Shown here piece after piece: positions 22,450-32,580 of a DNA stretch of 64,000 bases. The notes below the pieces were generated by a model, which did no database searches, was not told the DNA's origin, and was given only the letters and a program-made list of their open reading frames with translations. This stretch comes from Alphaproteobacteria bacterium (GTDB lineage Bacteria > Pseudomonadota > Alphaproteobacteria > Bin95): assembly GCA_965205265.1 (NCBI GenBank), contig CBDBGH010000003.1:1824001-1888000 (forward strand), in the 5' to 3' direction. The translations under genes and the position numbers were made by a program. Position 1 is the stretch's first letter. Each line of letters starts with the position of its first letter.

Positions 22450-22917
22450 CGCGCCTGCTGCCTGGGCAGGAACGCTCATCGAACGTGTCATGGGATGTCA
22501 TGATCCGCATGCGCACGGCGCATATGCTGTAACCTGTTCAGGCATGGGTTCCGGGTATTCCATCCGGTTCCGGCAGCTCCCGGTCCTCGGCATAGGTCCT
22601 TCCTTTCGATCCGTCCTCATTCCATTCGCCCGCCGCCGACTCGCTCCTGCGGCGGGACCCTGATTCGCGCGTAATGTGCGCGGGCGCCCCCGCGCCCGTG
22701 GGCGCGCGTTTCGCGGCGGCGCGGTTCGCGCGCCTGATTGCCCGCGCGCGAGGCGGGTGCAGGACGCACTTCGCCTGTCGGCTGAATCGGGGTCGTTCCG
22801 CATGCGGGCCGGCGCGGGCGGGAAGCGGCTCCGGATGCCACTTTCCTCAGACCCATCATAGCATACTTTTTGAAAATGCAAGCTTACAGAGAAATATTAC
22901 ATAAATTTTGTGAACAA
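22450..22917 (-). repeat. Dispersed ~500-bp element, copy B (homologous to 8870-9367)
   Basis: Reverse complement shares the same colinear blocks as copy A, including the promoter-like head, RBS+ATG (22593) and CATGACA tandem. Confidence 0.85.
22855..22881 (-). promoter_or_regulatory. Putative promoter at head of element copy B
   Basis: TTGCAT-N15-TATGAT with TGn extended -10 (TGCTATGAT); AT-rich upstream tract. Confidence 0.45.
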
Positions 22918-22994
22918 CTTGCTGTTCACACCAGCCGGCCGCCGGATTCGCATGTCTCCGTCCGGCGGCGCTGCAGTACCCGCCCCCTGTCCAT

Positions 22995-23031
22995 CACCCC
23001 GGACGGAGCAAAGCGGAAATCCGGGGTCCAG
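22995..23031. repeat. REP-like short palindrome
   Basis: ACCCCGGA..(loop)..TCCGGGGT, similar to the left end of the 9365-9504 palindrome. Confidence 0.5.
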
Positions 23032-23126
23032 TCCCGACTCTCGCGGCAGCCCCGGCAGCCCGGCCTCCTCTCCGCCGGCTGCGAGGGCATCGGAGCCATG
23101 GGCAGGCCCCGCCGGCATACCGGGCC

Positions 23127-23648
23127 TCAGGCGGTGAGCCTGCCTACGATCTCCTCGACGGCGGCATCGGCCAGCGCCTGGATTTCGGCGTCGGTGCGGT
23201 CCTGGATCGGATGGGGCACGAACACCATCGGCGGCTCGTAGCCGAGCGCAGCGGACTGCGCCTGCCACGCCTCCACGAACTCCGTGGTGGCGACGCCCAC
23301 GCCAACGACGCCCCTCGCTTCGAGGTCTGCGATATCATGCGTACAGCACGATGTGCAGGAGCCTCAGTCGGCCAGCCCTTCGACGACGAGGGCGGCCTCC
23401 GACGCGATCTGCTGCTTGACGGCAATCGGCGCCGTGCGCGCAAAGGTCGGCTTCATGTAGCGCTTCACTTCGATGCCCCGCTTGCCCAGGCGCTCATGCA
23501 GGCGGTCCAGAAAGACATCGCCGCGCGCCTTGGAAATGTCGAGCAGGGCCACGGTCCTGCCGTCCAGCGAAGCCGGACGGGCCAGCGGCTCGCGCCGCGC
23601 CGGCTCGACTTCGCCGGTCGGATCGACCAGCACCGGGGTGTTTCTCAC
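23127..23648 (-). CDS. UGSC-motif selenoprotein (173 aa, Sec at codon 95, TGA 23364-23366)
   Basis: Frame continues through TGA as ...VVEGLAD-U-GSCTSCCTHDIADLEARGVVGVGVATTEF...PHPIQDRT...GRLTA*; GTG start with GGAGG RBS; SECIS-like hairpin 11 nt after UGA. Confidence 0.9.
23322..23365 (-). promoter_or_regulatory. Bacterial SECIS element (putative)
   Basis: UGA-GGCUCCUGCAC-[AUCGUGC-UGUAC-GCAUGAU]: 7-bp upper stem (one G-U) starting 11 nt after UGA with G in loop; lower stem GAGG..CUGC / GCAG.CCUC. Confidence 0.75.
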
Positions 23649-25009
23649 GTTCCTACCTCCTTCGTTACAGGAATGCTGCCGACCGGGCCGGTGGCGGCCC
23701 AACCGGGCAGAATGGCGGAGAACATGCCTGCGCCGCCGCCGGCGCGGACGATCAGCAGGCCGCCCTCGCGCAGCTTGGGCATGGCCTGTCCCGGCTCGTC
23801 GAGCGCGGTGCGCAGCGCGGCCTCAAGGTCCTCGCGCGACCAGCCGCCCTCCCGGAACACGCGGTCGTGCTCCGGCGAGACGACAACCACCGCGTCGATA
23901 TTGCGCCGGTTGCGGTTCTCGAGGCCGCGGAACACATCGGCGAAGGTTTCCACAAGGGCCTCGGGCGTGCGCGAATCCTGGTCCACCACGCCCATCACGC
24001 CGTAGCCGGCAAAGAGCGTGACCGCCGAGGCCCCCGCGCCCGCGCCCCGGCTCTCGGAGAGCGGCGGCCAGGCGGAGCCTTCCTCGTCCTCGGGGAAGCA
24101 GAAAGTGTATTTGCCGGGATTGCCGAGCGCGGCCCGGTCCACGCCCTGCGGCTTGCCGCCGCCGACATTGCGCACAACGAGCTGGAGCGCGCGCCCGATG
24201 GTGGCGTTGGCGCGATTGCCCTGCCCGAGGACGTTGCCCTTCGCGTTCATGCCGATGGCGCGTCGCACCGGGCCGTTCACGATCGCGATGGGGCCGATGT
24301 AATAGGTCGTCGCCAGCACGCCGTGCATGCAGAAGGCCTCGTCCAGCGCCGCCTCGACCGCCGCCAGCACGACGGGCATGTATTCGGGCTTGCAGCCGGC
24401 CATCACGGCATTGACCGCGACCTTCTCCACCGTGCAGGGCTGGAGGTTGGGCGGCACGAGGCCCACCACCTCGCCCGGATCGCGCGTCGTGCCGTCCAGC
24501 ATGGCGAGCACGCGCGCCTCGGTCGGCGGCACGACGGGCAGGCCATCCGACCAGCCGCGGTCGTAAGCCGCCTCGATCTCGTCTTCCAGCGGCGCCAGCG
24601 GCACCCGGCGGGAGCTGAGCTGCGCAGAACCGAAGCGCGCCGCCAACGTCTCCGGCATGCCCGGCTCGACATTCTTCGCCCCGCAACCCGGGCGGAAAGG
24701 CGGCAGGTCCGCGCCGAGACCGCCGAGGCCGGTCAGACGCTCCCACTCCGCCCGGTCCCAGCCCCAGGTCCGTTCGACCTCCTCGCCGTCTTCGCGCCGG
24801 ATCAGGGTCGGCACGATCTCGACGCCGAGGCGGAAGGATCGCTCAAGCCCCTCGTCGAGTTCGCCGGACACGCTTTCCGGGAAGGCGGGATCGTCCTGCG
24901 TCCAGACATCCAGCGCGATCCCGGAGGCCGCAAGCTGGGCATAGACCGGCTCCAGCAGGGTGCAGGTCGGGCAGTCGCGCTTCACGACCAGGGTGAGCTG
25001 TTTCGTCAT
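23645..25009 (-). CDS. Thioredoxin-fold (CPTC) domain fused to conserved unknown domain; partner of UGSC selenoprotein
   Basis: VKRDCPTC, EIVPTL cis-Pro motif, RPGCGA, GWSDGLPVVPPT, AVMAGCKPEY, NRANATIGRA; GTGA overlap with selenoprotein start. Confidence 0.8.
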   Translation of the reverse strand: MTKQLTLVVKRDCPTCTLLEPVYAQLAASGIALDVWTQDDPAFPESVSGELDEGLERSFRLGVEIVPTLIRREDGEEVERTWGWDRAEWERLTGLGGLGADLPPFRPGCGAKNVEPGMPETLAARFGSAQLSSRRVPLAPLEDEIEAAYDRGWSDGLPVVPPTEARVLAMLDGTTRDPGEVVGLVPPNLQPCTVEKVAVNAVMAGCKPEYMPVVLAAVEAALDEAFCMHGVLATTYYIGPIAIVNGPVRRAIGMNAKGNVLGQGNRANATIGRALQLVVRNVGGGKPQGVDRAALGNPGKYTFCFPEDEEGSAWPPLSESRGAGAGASAVTLFAGYGVMGVVDQDSRTPEALVETFADVFRGLENRNRRNIDAVVVVSPEHDRVFREGGWSREDLEAALRTALDEPGQAMPKLREGGLLIVRAGGGAGMFSAILPGWAATGPVGSIPVTKEVGT

Positions 25010-25054
25010 GGCAGGGTCACGCTAGCGCATCGTTCTGCGCCTGTCTCGCCGGAA

Positions 25055-26626
25055 TCAGCCGGGAGCGCGGATGGCGGCTTCCCTGGCCCTTTCGGAAACA
25101 TCCGGCTCGAAGCGCTCGAAGTTCTTCTCGAAGTCCCGCGCGAGAGCCGCGGCGCGCGCGTCGTATGCGTCCCTGTCCTGCCAGCTTGTGCAGGGGTCGA
25201 GGGCTTCGGGCGGCACACCGGGGCAGGCGGTCGGCCGGTGCAGGCCGAACACCGGATGCCGGGCGGTCTCCACCCCGTCCAGCGCGCCGCCCAGGGCGGC
25301 ATTGACCATGGCGCGGGTGTACGCAATGGACATGCGCTCGCCCCTGCCGTTCCAGCCGGTGTTCACCAGCCAGCAATCGACCTTGCGCTCCGCGATCCGC
25401 TTGCCCAGCAGCGCCGCATAGACGGACGGCTTGCGGGCCATGAACGGGGCGCCGAAACAGGTCGAGAAGGTGGCGACCGGCTTGCTGCCGAGGCCACGTT
25501 CCGTGCCGGCGACCTTGGCGGTGTAGCCGGAGAGGAAATGATACATCGCCTGCCCGGTCGTCAGCCGGGAGATCGGCGGCAGGACGCCGAACGCATCCGC
25601 CGTCAGCATGACGATGTTCTTGGGCGGCGGCCCGAGCCCGTCCGGGCAGGCATTGGGGATGAACTCCAGCGGATAGCAGGACCGGGTGTTCTCCGTCACG
25701 CGGCGGTCGGCGAGGTCCAGCAGCCGGGTGTCGGGGTCGATGGCGACATTCTCCAGCACCGTTCCGAAGCGGTGGCTCGCGGCATGGATCTCCGGCTCGG
25801 CATTCCGGTCGAGGTCGATGACCTTGGCGTAGCAGCCGCCCTCGAAATTGAAGATGCCGCTGTCGGACCAGCCATGCTCGTCATCGCCGATCAACTGCCG
25901 GCCGGGGTCGGCGGACAGTGTGGTCTTGCCGGTGCCCGACAGGCCGAAAAACACCGCCGAGCCCTCGGGGCCGATATTGGCCGAGCAGTGCATCGGCATG
26001 ACGCCGTCCGGCGGCAGCAGGTAGTTCAGCAGCGTGAAGACGGATTTCTTGATTTCGCCGGCATAGTAGGTCCCCCCGATCAGGATCAGCTTCTCCGAGA
26101 AGCCGATGGCGATGACGGTCGAGGACCGGCAGCCGTCGGTTTCGGGGTTTGCCCGGAAGCTCGGCGCATGGAGGATGGTCCATTCCGGATCGCCGCCGGA
26201 CGGCCCGGAAGGCCGCAGGAAGATGTTGCGGGCGAACAGGCTGTGCCAGGCCTGCTCCGTCACCACGCGCACCGCGAGCCGGTGGGCGGGGTCCGCGCCC
26301 GCATCGCAGTCCTGCACGAAGAGCTCGCGGCCCTGCAGATGGTCCACGATACGGCGGCGGAGCGTCTCGAAGCTCTCCGGCGCCATCTCCCCGTTGACAT
26401 CGCCCCAGTCGATGCCCTTGTCCGTCGCTGCATCGCGGACGAAGAACTTGTCGTCGGGCGACCGGCCCGTGAAGGCGCCCGTCTCGCAGACCAGGGCGCC
26501 GCCGGCCGCCAGCAGGCCCTCGCGACCGCGCACCGCCGACTCGACCAAGGACTCGCGGCCGGGGTTCCAGTGCAGCGTGCCGGGGTCCGTGATGCCGATT
26601 GCGGCCAGACGTTTGTCAGAGGACAA
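25055..26626 (-). CDS. pckA: Phosphoenolpyruvate carboxykinase (ATP)
   Basis: TGRSP.DK, YAGEIKKS, MHCSAN, GLSGTGKTTLS, IGDDEHGW, FNFEGGCYAK; TTG start estimated. Confidence 0.95.
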   Translation of the reverse strand: MSSDKRLAAIGITDPGTLHWNPGRESLVESAVRGREGLLAAGGALVCETGAFTGRSPDDKFFVRDAATDKGIDWGDVNGEMAPESFETLRRRIVDHLQGRELFVQDCDAGADPAHRLAVRVVTEQAWHSLFARNIFLRPSGPSGGDPEWTILHAPSFRANPETDGCRSSTVIAIGFSEKLILIGGTYYAGEIKKSVFTLLNYLLPPDGVMPMHCSANIGPEGSAVFFGLSGTGKTTLSADPGRQLIGDDEHGWSDSGIFNFEGGCYAKVIDLDRNAEPEIHAASHRFGTVLENVAIDPDTRLLDLADRRVTENTRSCYPLEFIPNACPDGLGPPPKNIVMLTADAFGVLPPISRLTTGQAMYHFLSGYTAKVAGTERGLGSKPVATFSTCFGAPFMARKPSVYAALLGKRIAERKVDCWLVNTGWNGRGERMSIAYTRAMVNAALGGALDGVETARHPVFGLHRPTACPGVPPEALDPCTSWQDRDAYDARAAALARDFEKNFERFEPDVSERAREAAIRAPG

Positions 26627-26830
26627 TAAGGGCCTCGAGTCGCGGGTTCGGGGCTCTGGAACGGTTCGCTTGCCTTCTATGCAAGCGGCATGGCCCGCGC
26701 AATGCGCCGTCATGACGCGCCGAGGACAACATTACGCGGATTTCACGCGCCGTTCGCCGGAATTCCGCCATATTGCGACCGGAGGCTTTATACTTCGGAA
26801 AGCGCATGTTCGCGGGAGGGTCCGAAGGTC

Positions 26831-27520
26831 ATGAAATACACGATCGCCCTCGTTGACGACGACCGGAATATCCTCACCTCCGTCACGATGGCCCTGGAGG
26901 CCGAAGGCTTCGACGTCCGGACCTATGTGGACGGCGAACAAGCCTGGCAGGCCTTGCGGAACAACGGCGTCGATCTCGCGGTTCTCGACATCAAGATGCC
27001 TCGCATGGACGGCATGGAACTGCTCCAGCGCCTGCGCGCGAAGTCCGTGCTCCCGGTGATCTTCCTCACCACCAAGGTCGAGGAGCGCGACGAGGAGCTC
27101 GGGCTGAACCTGGGGGCCGACGACTACATCAAGAAACCGTTCTCGCAGCGCCTGCTGATCGCCCGCATCCGCGCCCTGCTGCGCCGAAAGGACCTGGAGC
27201 GGGACGGCGGGGTCCGCGATGTGCTGGTGCGCGGCGACCTCGCCGTCGACCAGGACCGCTATCTCTGCACCTGGAGGGGCGAGGCGGTAAGGCTCACGGT
27301 CACCGAATTGCTGATCCTGCAATCGTTGGCCTACCGGGCGGGCTACGTGAAGACGCGGGACCAGTTGATGACCGCCGCCTATGGCGCCGACGCCATGGCC
27401 AACGACCGGGTCATCGACAGCCATATCAAGCGGATGCGGCGCAAATTCCGTGCTGTGGACCCGGATTTCTCGTCCATCGAGACGCTCTACGGCGGCGGAT
27501 ACCGCTACCGCCCGTCATAG
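26831..27520 (+). CDS. chvI: OmpR-family response regulator ChvI
   Basis: [42 protein letters not shown]; pckA-chvI-chvG synteny. Confidence 0.92.
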   Translation: MKYTIALVDDDRNILTSVTMALEAEGFDVRTYVDGEQAWQALRNNGVDLAVLDIKMPRMDGMELLQRLRAKSVLPVIFLTTKVEERDEELGLNLGADDYIKKPFSQRLLIARIRALLRRKDLERDGGVRDVLVRGDLAVDQDRYLCTWRGEAVRLTVTELLILQSLAYRAGYVKTRDQLMTAAYGADAMANDRVIDSHIKRMRRKFRAVDPDFSSIETLYGGGYRYRPS

Positions 27521-27527
27521 CCCGGCG

Positions 27528-29156
27528 ATGGCCCGGCGAGGCAGTCGTCAGGCGGTGCGGCGCGGCGCGCGGCGGTGGTACCGCTCGCCGCTGATGCGCC
27601 GCCTTCTGGCGGTGAACCTGCTGGCGCTCGTCATCCTGGCCGCAAGCCTGCTCTATCTCGGCGGCTACAAGCGCGAACTGATCGAAACCGAGCTGCGGCT
27701 GGTGGAAGCCAAGGGCCGGACCATCGCGGTCGCCCTCGGCCACGCTTCCATCGAACTTCTGGCCGACGGCGAGCCGGCCCTCGACGTGAAGAGCGCCGAA
27801 CCCCTGCTGAGGCGGCTCATCGAAGAGTCCAGTCTCCGGGTGCAGATGCGGGTGCGGGTGTTCGGACCGGACGGAACCATCCGGCTGGACAGCCGGCGGT
27901 TTGCCGGCTTCGGGCCCGCGGTGGAGAGCGAACCGCTGCCCCCGGCGGGCGGATCGGACATGTTCCAGGCGGCCCTGCGCTGGCTGCTCGGGCTTTTCGA
28001 CCTGGCTTTCCGGGAAATTGAGACCATCGAGCCCTATCGGGAAAGCGCGGAACAGAAGGCTTCCGACTATCGCGAGGTCGAAGGGGCGCTGCGCGGGGAA
28101 ACGGAGCAGGTGGTCCGTTCGCTCGGCGCGAGAGGCCTGGTGCTGAGCGTCGCCCTGCCGATCCGGGACTTCAAGCGCGTGGTGGGCGCCGCCATGGTCT
28201 CAGCGGACGGCCGCGCCATCGACGAGGCCGTGAGCGAGATCCGCCTGCAGATCCTGTCGGCCGCCGGGGTGGCGCTGGTCGTGACCGTCCTGCTTACCCT
28301 CTACATGGCGCGCGCCATCGCAAGACCGCTCCGGGACCTGGCGGCGACAGCCGAGCGCGTCCGGCCCGGCTACGGACGGGTCGATATCCAGGACCTGAGC
28401 GGGCGCAACGATGAAATCGGCGACCTCTCCGCTGCGCTGCGCCGGATGACGGGCGCGCTGTGGGAAGGAATGGAGGAGACCGAGAAGTTCGCGGCCGATG
28501 TCAGCCATGAGCTCAGGACGCCGCTCGCTTCCACCTACAGCGCAGCCGAAACGGCGATACGCGAGGACGACCCGGCCAAGAGGCGCAAGCTGATGCGCAT
28601 CGTCCTGGACGATGTCAGGCGGTTGAACCGGCTGATCGACAGCGTGGCCGACTTCTCCAGCCTCGGCGCCCAGTTTTCCCGCGCCGAATCGGACCCGGTT
28701 GACATGCGCCGCGCAGTGGAGGCCTGTATCGACGCCGAGTGCCCGCCGCGTCCGGCATTGACGGTTGAAGCGGAAGGTCCGTTCATCGTCCGCGGCCTAG
28801 AAGACCAGCTCGTGCGGGTCATCCGCAACCTGATCGACAACGCCCGGTCCTTCTCTCCGGCGGCAGGGGGTGTGAGGCTGTTTCTCGCGCGGCAGGGGGA
28901 CGAGGTGGTTCTTCGGGTGGACGACGACGGCCCGGGCATCCAGGCGGGCAAGGAGGAGACGATCTTCGACCGCTTCTACACCGACCGGCCCGACGCCGGC
29001 GGACGCGGGGAAAGACATTCGGGCCTCGGCCTCGCCATTTCCCGCGATATCGCCAGGCTCCACGGCGGAAGCATTGCGGCGTCCAACCGGCCGGGCGCGG
29101 ATGGCGGGATTCAGGGCGCGCGCTTCGAACTTCGCGTGCCGGCGGCGGAGGCCTGA
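27528..29156 (+). CDS. chvG: Sensor histidine kinase ChvG/ExoS
   Basis: Two TM segments, HAMP (DEIGDLS), FAADVSHELRTPL, NLIDNA.SFSP, DDGPG, FYTDRP, SGLGL. Confidence 0.88.
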   Translation: MARRGSRQAVRRGARRWYRSPLMRRLLAVNLLALVILAASLLYLGGYKRELIETELRLVEAKGRTIAVALGHASIELLADGEPALDVKSAEPLLRRLIEESSLRVQMRVRVFGPDGTIRLDSRRFAGFGPAVESEPLPPAGGSDMFQAALRWLLGLFDLAFREIETIEPYRESAEQKASDYREVEGALRGETEQVVRSLGARGLVLSVALPIRDFKRVVGAAMVSADGRAIDEAVSEIRLQILSAAGVALVVTVLLTLYMARAIARPLRDLAATAERVRPGYGRVDIQDLSGRNDEIGDLSAALRRMTGALWEGMEETEKFAADVSHELRTPLASTYSAAETAIREDDPAKRRKLMRIVLDDVRRLNRLIDSVADFSSLGAQFSRAESDPVDMRRAVEACIDAECPPRPALTVEAEGPFIVRGLEDQLVRVIRNLIDNARSFSPAAGGVRLFLARQGDEVVLRVDDDGPGIQAGKEETIFDRFYTDRPDAGGRGERHSGLGLAISRDIARLHGGSIAASNRPGADGGIQGARFELRVPAAEA

Positions 29157-29575
29157 TGCAGGTTCACGCGAGCTGCATCGCCTTCGAGGGCCGGGGCGTG
29201 CTGCTGCGCGGGCCTTCCGGGTCGGGGAAATCCGACCTCGCGCTCCGGGCGGTGGAGGCCGGAGCGGAGCTCGTGGCCGACGATCTCGTCATGCTCGGAC
29301 TGCGCGGCGGGCGCGTCTGGGCCAGTCCGTTGCCGCAGGCCGGCGGCAGGCTGGAAGTGCGCGGCGTCGGGATCGTCCGGCTGCCGGCGCTGGGCGGCGC
29401 GCCGCTTGTCCTGTTGGCGGACCTGGCCGCGCCGGAGCGGCTGCCCGAGCCCTGTTTCGAGCCGGTCCTGGGCTTGCCGGTGAGGCGTATCCGGTTGGCG
29501 CCGTTCGAGATTTCCGCGGCGATCAAACTGCGCCTTGCCGCGCATATGGCAACGGAGGATAAAGGCGCGGCATGA
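29156..29575 (+). CDS. hprK: HPr kinase/phosphorylase (short alphaproteobacterial form)
   Basis: VHASC, GPSGSGKSDLAL, LVADD, LEVRGVG. Confidence 0.88.
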   Translation: MQVHASCIAFEGRGVLLRGPSGSGKSDLALRAVEAGAELVADDLVMLGLRGGRVWASPLPQAGGRLEVRGVGIVRLPALGGAPLVLLADLAAPERLPEPCFEPVLGLPVRRIRLAPFEISAAIKLRLAAHMATEDKGAA

Positions 29576-29588
29576 CTGTCGGGCAAAC

Positions 29589-30527
29589 ATGACGACCAGC
29601 GACGAATCCATGCTCAGACGCCTTGTCCTGGTGACCGGCATGTCCGGAGCCGGGCGGTCCGTCGCCTTGAAAGAACTCGAGGATCTCGGGTTCGAGGCGA
29701 TCGACAACATTCCGCTGGCGATGCTGGACGGTATGGACGCCGACCCGTCGGGCCGTGCGCTGGCGGTCGGGATCGACACCCGCGCCCGCGACTTCGCCGT
29801 CGAAGGCGTGCTGGAGCGCATGACGGATGCGGCGGCCCGCTTCGATATCGTGCCGGTATTCCTGCATGCCGACGAGGAGACGCTGACGCGGCGCTACCGC
29901 GAGACGCGCCGGCGCCACCCGATGGCGCCGGACGGCGCTCCCGTCGCCGGCATCGAGCGGGAGCGCCGGCTGCTGGAGCCGCTGCGCCGCGCAGCGGATA
30001 TCGTCATCGACACCTCGCTGTTGACCGCCCACGACCTTCGCCGCCTGCTGCGGGCGCATTTCACGTCCGACCCGCAGGAAGGCATGTCGATCTTCGTCAC
30101 CTCCTTTTCGTTCCGGTCGGGCCTGCCGCGCGAGGCGGATCTTGTGTTCGACATGCGTTTCCTGTCCAACCCCCACTACATAGAAGAGCTGCGGCCGTTG
30201 ACCGGGTGCGACGAAGAAGTCGGCGCCCATATCGCGAAGGACCCGGACTTCACTTCATTTCTCGAAGGCGTCGGCACGCTGCTCGGGATGCTGCTGCCCC
30301 GCTATGCGAAGGAAGGCCGCGCCTATCTGACGATAGCGGTCGGCTGCACCGGCGGTCGCCACCGCTCGGTCTTCACCGCCGAGGAGCTTGCGCGGCTGTT
30401 GCGCGATCGGGGCTGGCGCGCCACGCTGGCCCACCGCGACCTCGAAGCGACGCCGGCATCCGGGCAGGACTATCTGGAGGGGGCGGCGGACCGGGTCGTC
30501 GCGTTGGAAACGGAGAACAGCCCATGA
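29589..30527 (+). CDS. rapZ: RNase adapter RapZ
   Basis: VTGMSGAG, DNIP, ETRRRHP, FDMRFL.NPHY, GCTGGRHRSV. Confidence 0.93.
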   Translation: MTTSDESMLRRLVLVTGMSGAGRSVALKELEDLGFEAIDNIPLAMLDGMDADPSGRALAVGIDTRARDFAVEGVLERMTDAAARFDIVPVFLHADEETLTRRYRETRRRHPMAPDGAPVAGIERERRLLEPLRRAADIVIDTSLLTAHDLRRLLRAHFTSDPQEGMSIFVTSFSFRSGLPREADLVFDMRFLSNPHYIEELRPLTGCDEEVGAHIAKDPDFTSFLEGVGTLLGMLLPRYAKEGRAYLTIAVGCTGGRHRSVFTAEELARLLRDRGWRATLAHRDLEATPASGQDYLEGAADRVVALETENSP

Positions 30528-30940
30528 TCGGCCTGGCGCTCGTTACGCATGGCCGCCTCGCCGCCGAACTGCTCGCGGCGCTCGAGCATGTCGTCGGGCC
30601 TCAGGAGCAGGTAGCGGCCGTGTGCATCGGCCCCGACGACGACATGGAGGACCGCCGCGCCGAAATCGCGCAGGTCGCAAAGACTCTCAATTCGGGAGAA
30701 GGCGTCGTTCTGCTGACGGACATGTTCGGCGGCACGCCTTCCAATCTCGCCATCTCCGTGCTGGGCGCGTCCAACAGGGGCGAGGTCGAAGTGGTCGCCG
30801 GCGTCAACCTGCCGATGCTGGTGAAGCTCGCGACCTGCCGCCAGCACAAGACGCTCGCCGAAGCTGTTGCGGATGCCGAAGAGGCCGGACGGAAATACAT
30901 CCAGATCGCCTCGAAACTGCTCGCTGAGGCGCCCGGCTGA
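30524..30940 (+). CDS. manX: PTS EIIA-Man component
   Basis: LVTHG, LTDMFGGTPSN, GVNLPML. Confidence 0.88.
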   Translation: MIGLALVTHGRLAAELLAALEHVVGPQEQVAAVCIGPDDDMEDRRAEIAQVAKTLNSGEGVVLLTDMFGGTPSNLAISVLGASNRGEVEVVAGVNLPMLVKLATCRQHKTLAEAVADAEEAGRKYIQIASKLLAEAPG

Positions 30941-30941
30941 C

Positions 30942-31208
30942 ATGCCGTCGGCATCGTTGCGGATCGTCAATGAGCGCGGCCTGCATGCGCGCGCCGCGGC
31001 GAAGTTCGTAGCGCTTGCCGGGCGCTTCGATGCGGAGGTCCAGGTGACCCACCACGACATGACCGTGCCAGGCGTCTCGATCATGGGACTGCTGCTGCTG
31101 GGCGCCGGCAAGGGATGCGAAATCGAGGTCGTCTGCGAGGGCGCCGAGGCGGCCGCAGCGCTTGCCGCGCTCCAGGCGCTCGTGGCGGACGGCTTCAGCG
31201 AGACATAG
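30942..31208 (+). CDS. ptsH: HPr phosphocarrier protein
   Basis: NERGLHARAAAKFV (His15), SIMGLL (Ser46). Confidence 0.9.
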   Translation: MPSASLRIVNERGLHARAAAKFVALAGRFDAEVQVTHHDMTVPGVSIMGLLLLGAGKGCEIEVVCEGAEAAAALAALQALVADGFSET

Positions 31209-31217
31209 GCGCTCCGG

Positions 31218-31246
31218 TTGAAGCGGGCGGAGCGGGTTGCTATACG
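31218..31246 (+). promoter_or_regulatory. Putative sigma70 promoter of ahcY
   Basis: TTGAAG-N17-TATACG. Confidence 0.5.
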
Positions 31247-31293
31247 CGGCAGGCTCCGGCCGGAGCTTCCGATAGCCAAGGATCCATCCTCCG

Positions 31294-32580
31294 ATGCCCG
31301 ATTACGAGGTTGCCGACATCTCGCTTGCCGACTGGGGCCGCAAGGAAATCGCCATCGCCGAAACCGAAATGCCGGGGCTGATGGCGATCCGCGAGGAATA
31401 CGGCCCGGCCCGGCCGCTCGAAGGCGCGCGCATTGCGGGCTGCCTGCACATGACCATCCAGACCGCGGTGCTGATCGAGACGCTGCAAACCCTCGGCGCG
31501 GAGGTGCGCTGGTCGTCCTGCAACATTTTCTCGACGCAGGACCAGGCCGCCGCGGCCATGGCGGCGTCCGGCGTACCGGTGTTCGCCTGGAAGGGCGAGA
31601 CGGAAGAGGAATACTGGCAGTGCGTGCGCCGCACGGTCGAGGGCCCGGGGGGCTGGCACCCCAACCTGCTGCTCGACGACGGCGGCGACCTGACCAAGCT
31701 CATGCATGACGACTATCCGGAACTCATGAAAGATGTGCGGGGCGTGTCGGAGGAAACGACGACCGGCGTGCTGCGTCTCTACGAAATGGCGAAGACCGGC
31801 TCGCTCGCCTGCCCGGCCTTCAATGTCAACGACTCGGTGACGAAGTCGAAATTCGACAACCTCTACGGCTGCCGCGAGAGCCTCGTGGACGGGATCAAGC
31901 GCGCCACCGACGTGATGATCGCCGGCAAGTCCGCTCTGGTCTGCGGCTATGGCGATGTCGGCAAGGGCTCGGCGGAAAGCCTGCGCAGCCAGGGCGCCAG
32001 GGTGATGGTCAGCGAGATCGACCCGATCTGCGCGCTGCAGGCCTGCATGGCCGGCTACGAGGTTGTCCGTCTGGACGATGTCGCCGGCCGCGTGGACATC
32101 GTGGTGACCGCAACCGGCAACACCGATGTCGTGACCATCGACCACATGCGCGCCATGAAGGACCGCACGATCGTCTGCAATATCGGCCATTTCGACAATG
32201 AGATTCAGGTGGACGCGCTCCGCAATCTCGCCTGGCATAATGTCAAGCCGCAGGTGGACGAGGTGGAGTTCCCGGACGGCAAGCGGCTGATCCTCCTGGC
32301 GGAAGGCCGGCTGGTGAACCTCGGCTGCGCGACGGGGCATCCGAGCTTCGTGATGTCGGCGAGCTTCTCGAACCAGGTGCTGGCGCAGATCGAGCTCTGG
32401 ACCAATGGAGACCGGTACGACCGGCAGGTGCATGTGCTGCCGAAGCGTCTCGACGAGAAGGTGGCCATGCTGCACCTGGCGAGGCTCGGCGCCCGGCTGA
32501 CCGACTTGCGCCCGGACCAGGCGGACTATATCGGCGTGCCGCAGGCCGGGCCGTTCAAGCCCGACTACTACCGCTACTGA
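31294..32580 (+). CDS. ahcY: Adenosylhomocysteinase
   Basis: [57 protein letters not shown]. Confidence 0.98.
   Translation: MPDYEVADISLADWGRKEIAIAETEMPGLMAIREEYGPARPLEGARIAGCLHMTIQTAVLIETLQTLGAEVRWSSCNIFSTQDQAAAAMAASGVPVFAWKGETEEEYWQCVRRTVEGPGGWHPNLLLDDGGDLTKLMHDDYPELMKDVRGVSEETTTGVLRLYEMAKTGSLACPAFNVNDSVTKSKFDNLYGCRESLVDGIKRATDVMIAGKSALVCGYGDVGKGSAESLRSQGARVMVSEIDPICALQACMAGYEVVRLDDVAGRVDIVVTATGNTDVVTIDHMRAMKDRTIVCNIGHFDNEIQVDALRNLAWHNVKPQVDEVEFPDGKRLILLAEGRLVNLGCATGHPSFVMSASFSNQVLAQIELWTNGDRYDRQVHVLPKRLDEKVAMLHLARLGARLTDLRPDQADYIGVPQAGPFKPDYYRY

Noticed and set aside
23364-23702. 112-aa ORF ending at TGA as a complete protein or frameshifted pseudogene
   Set aside because: In-frame continuation with UGSC motif and SECIS-like hairpin indicates selenocysteine recoding
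31209-31293. SAH riboswitch upstream of ahcY
   Set aside because: Only partial resemblance (GGAGCG...AGGCTC); no pseudoknot partner seen, and the region is better explained as a promoter plus a short hairpin
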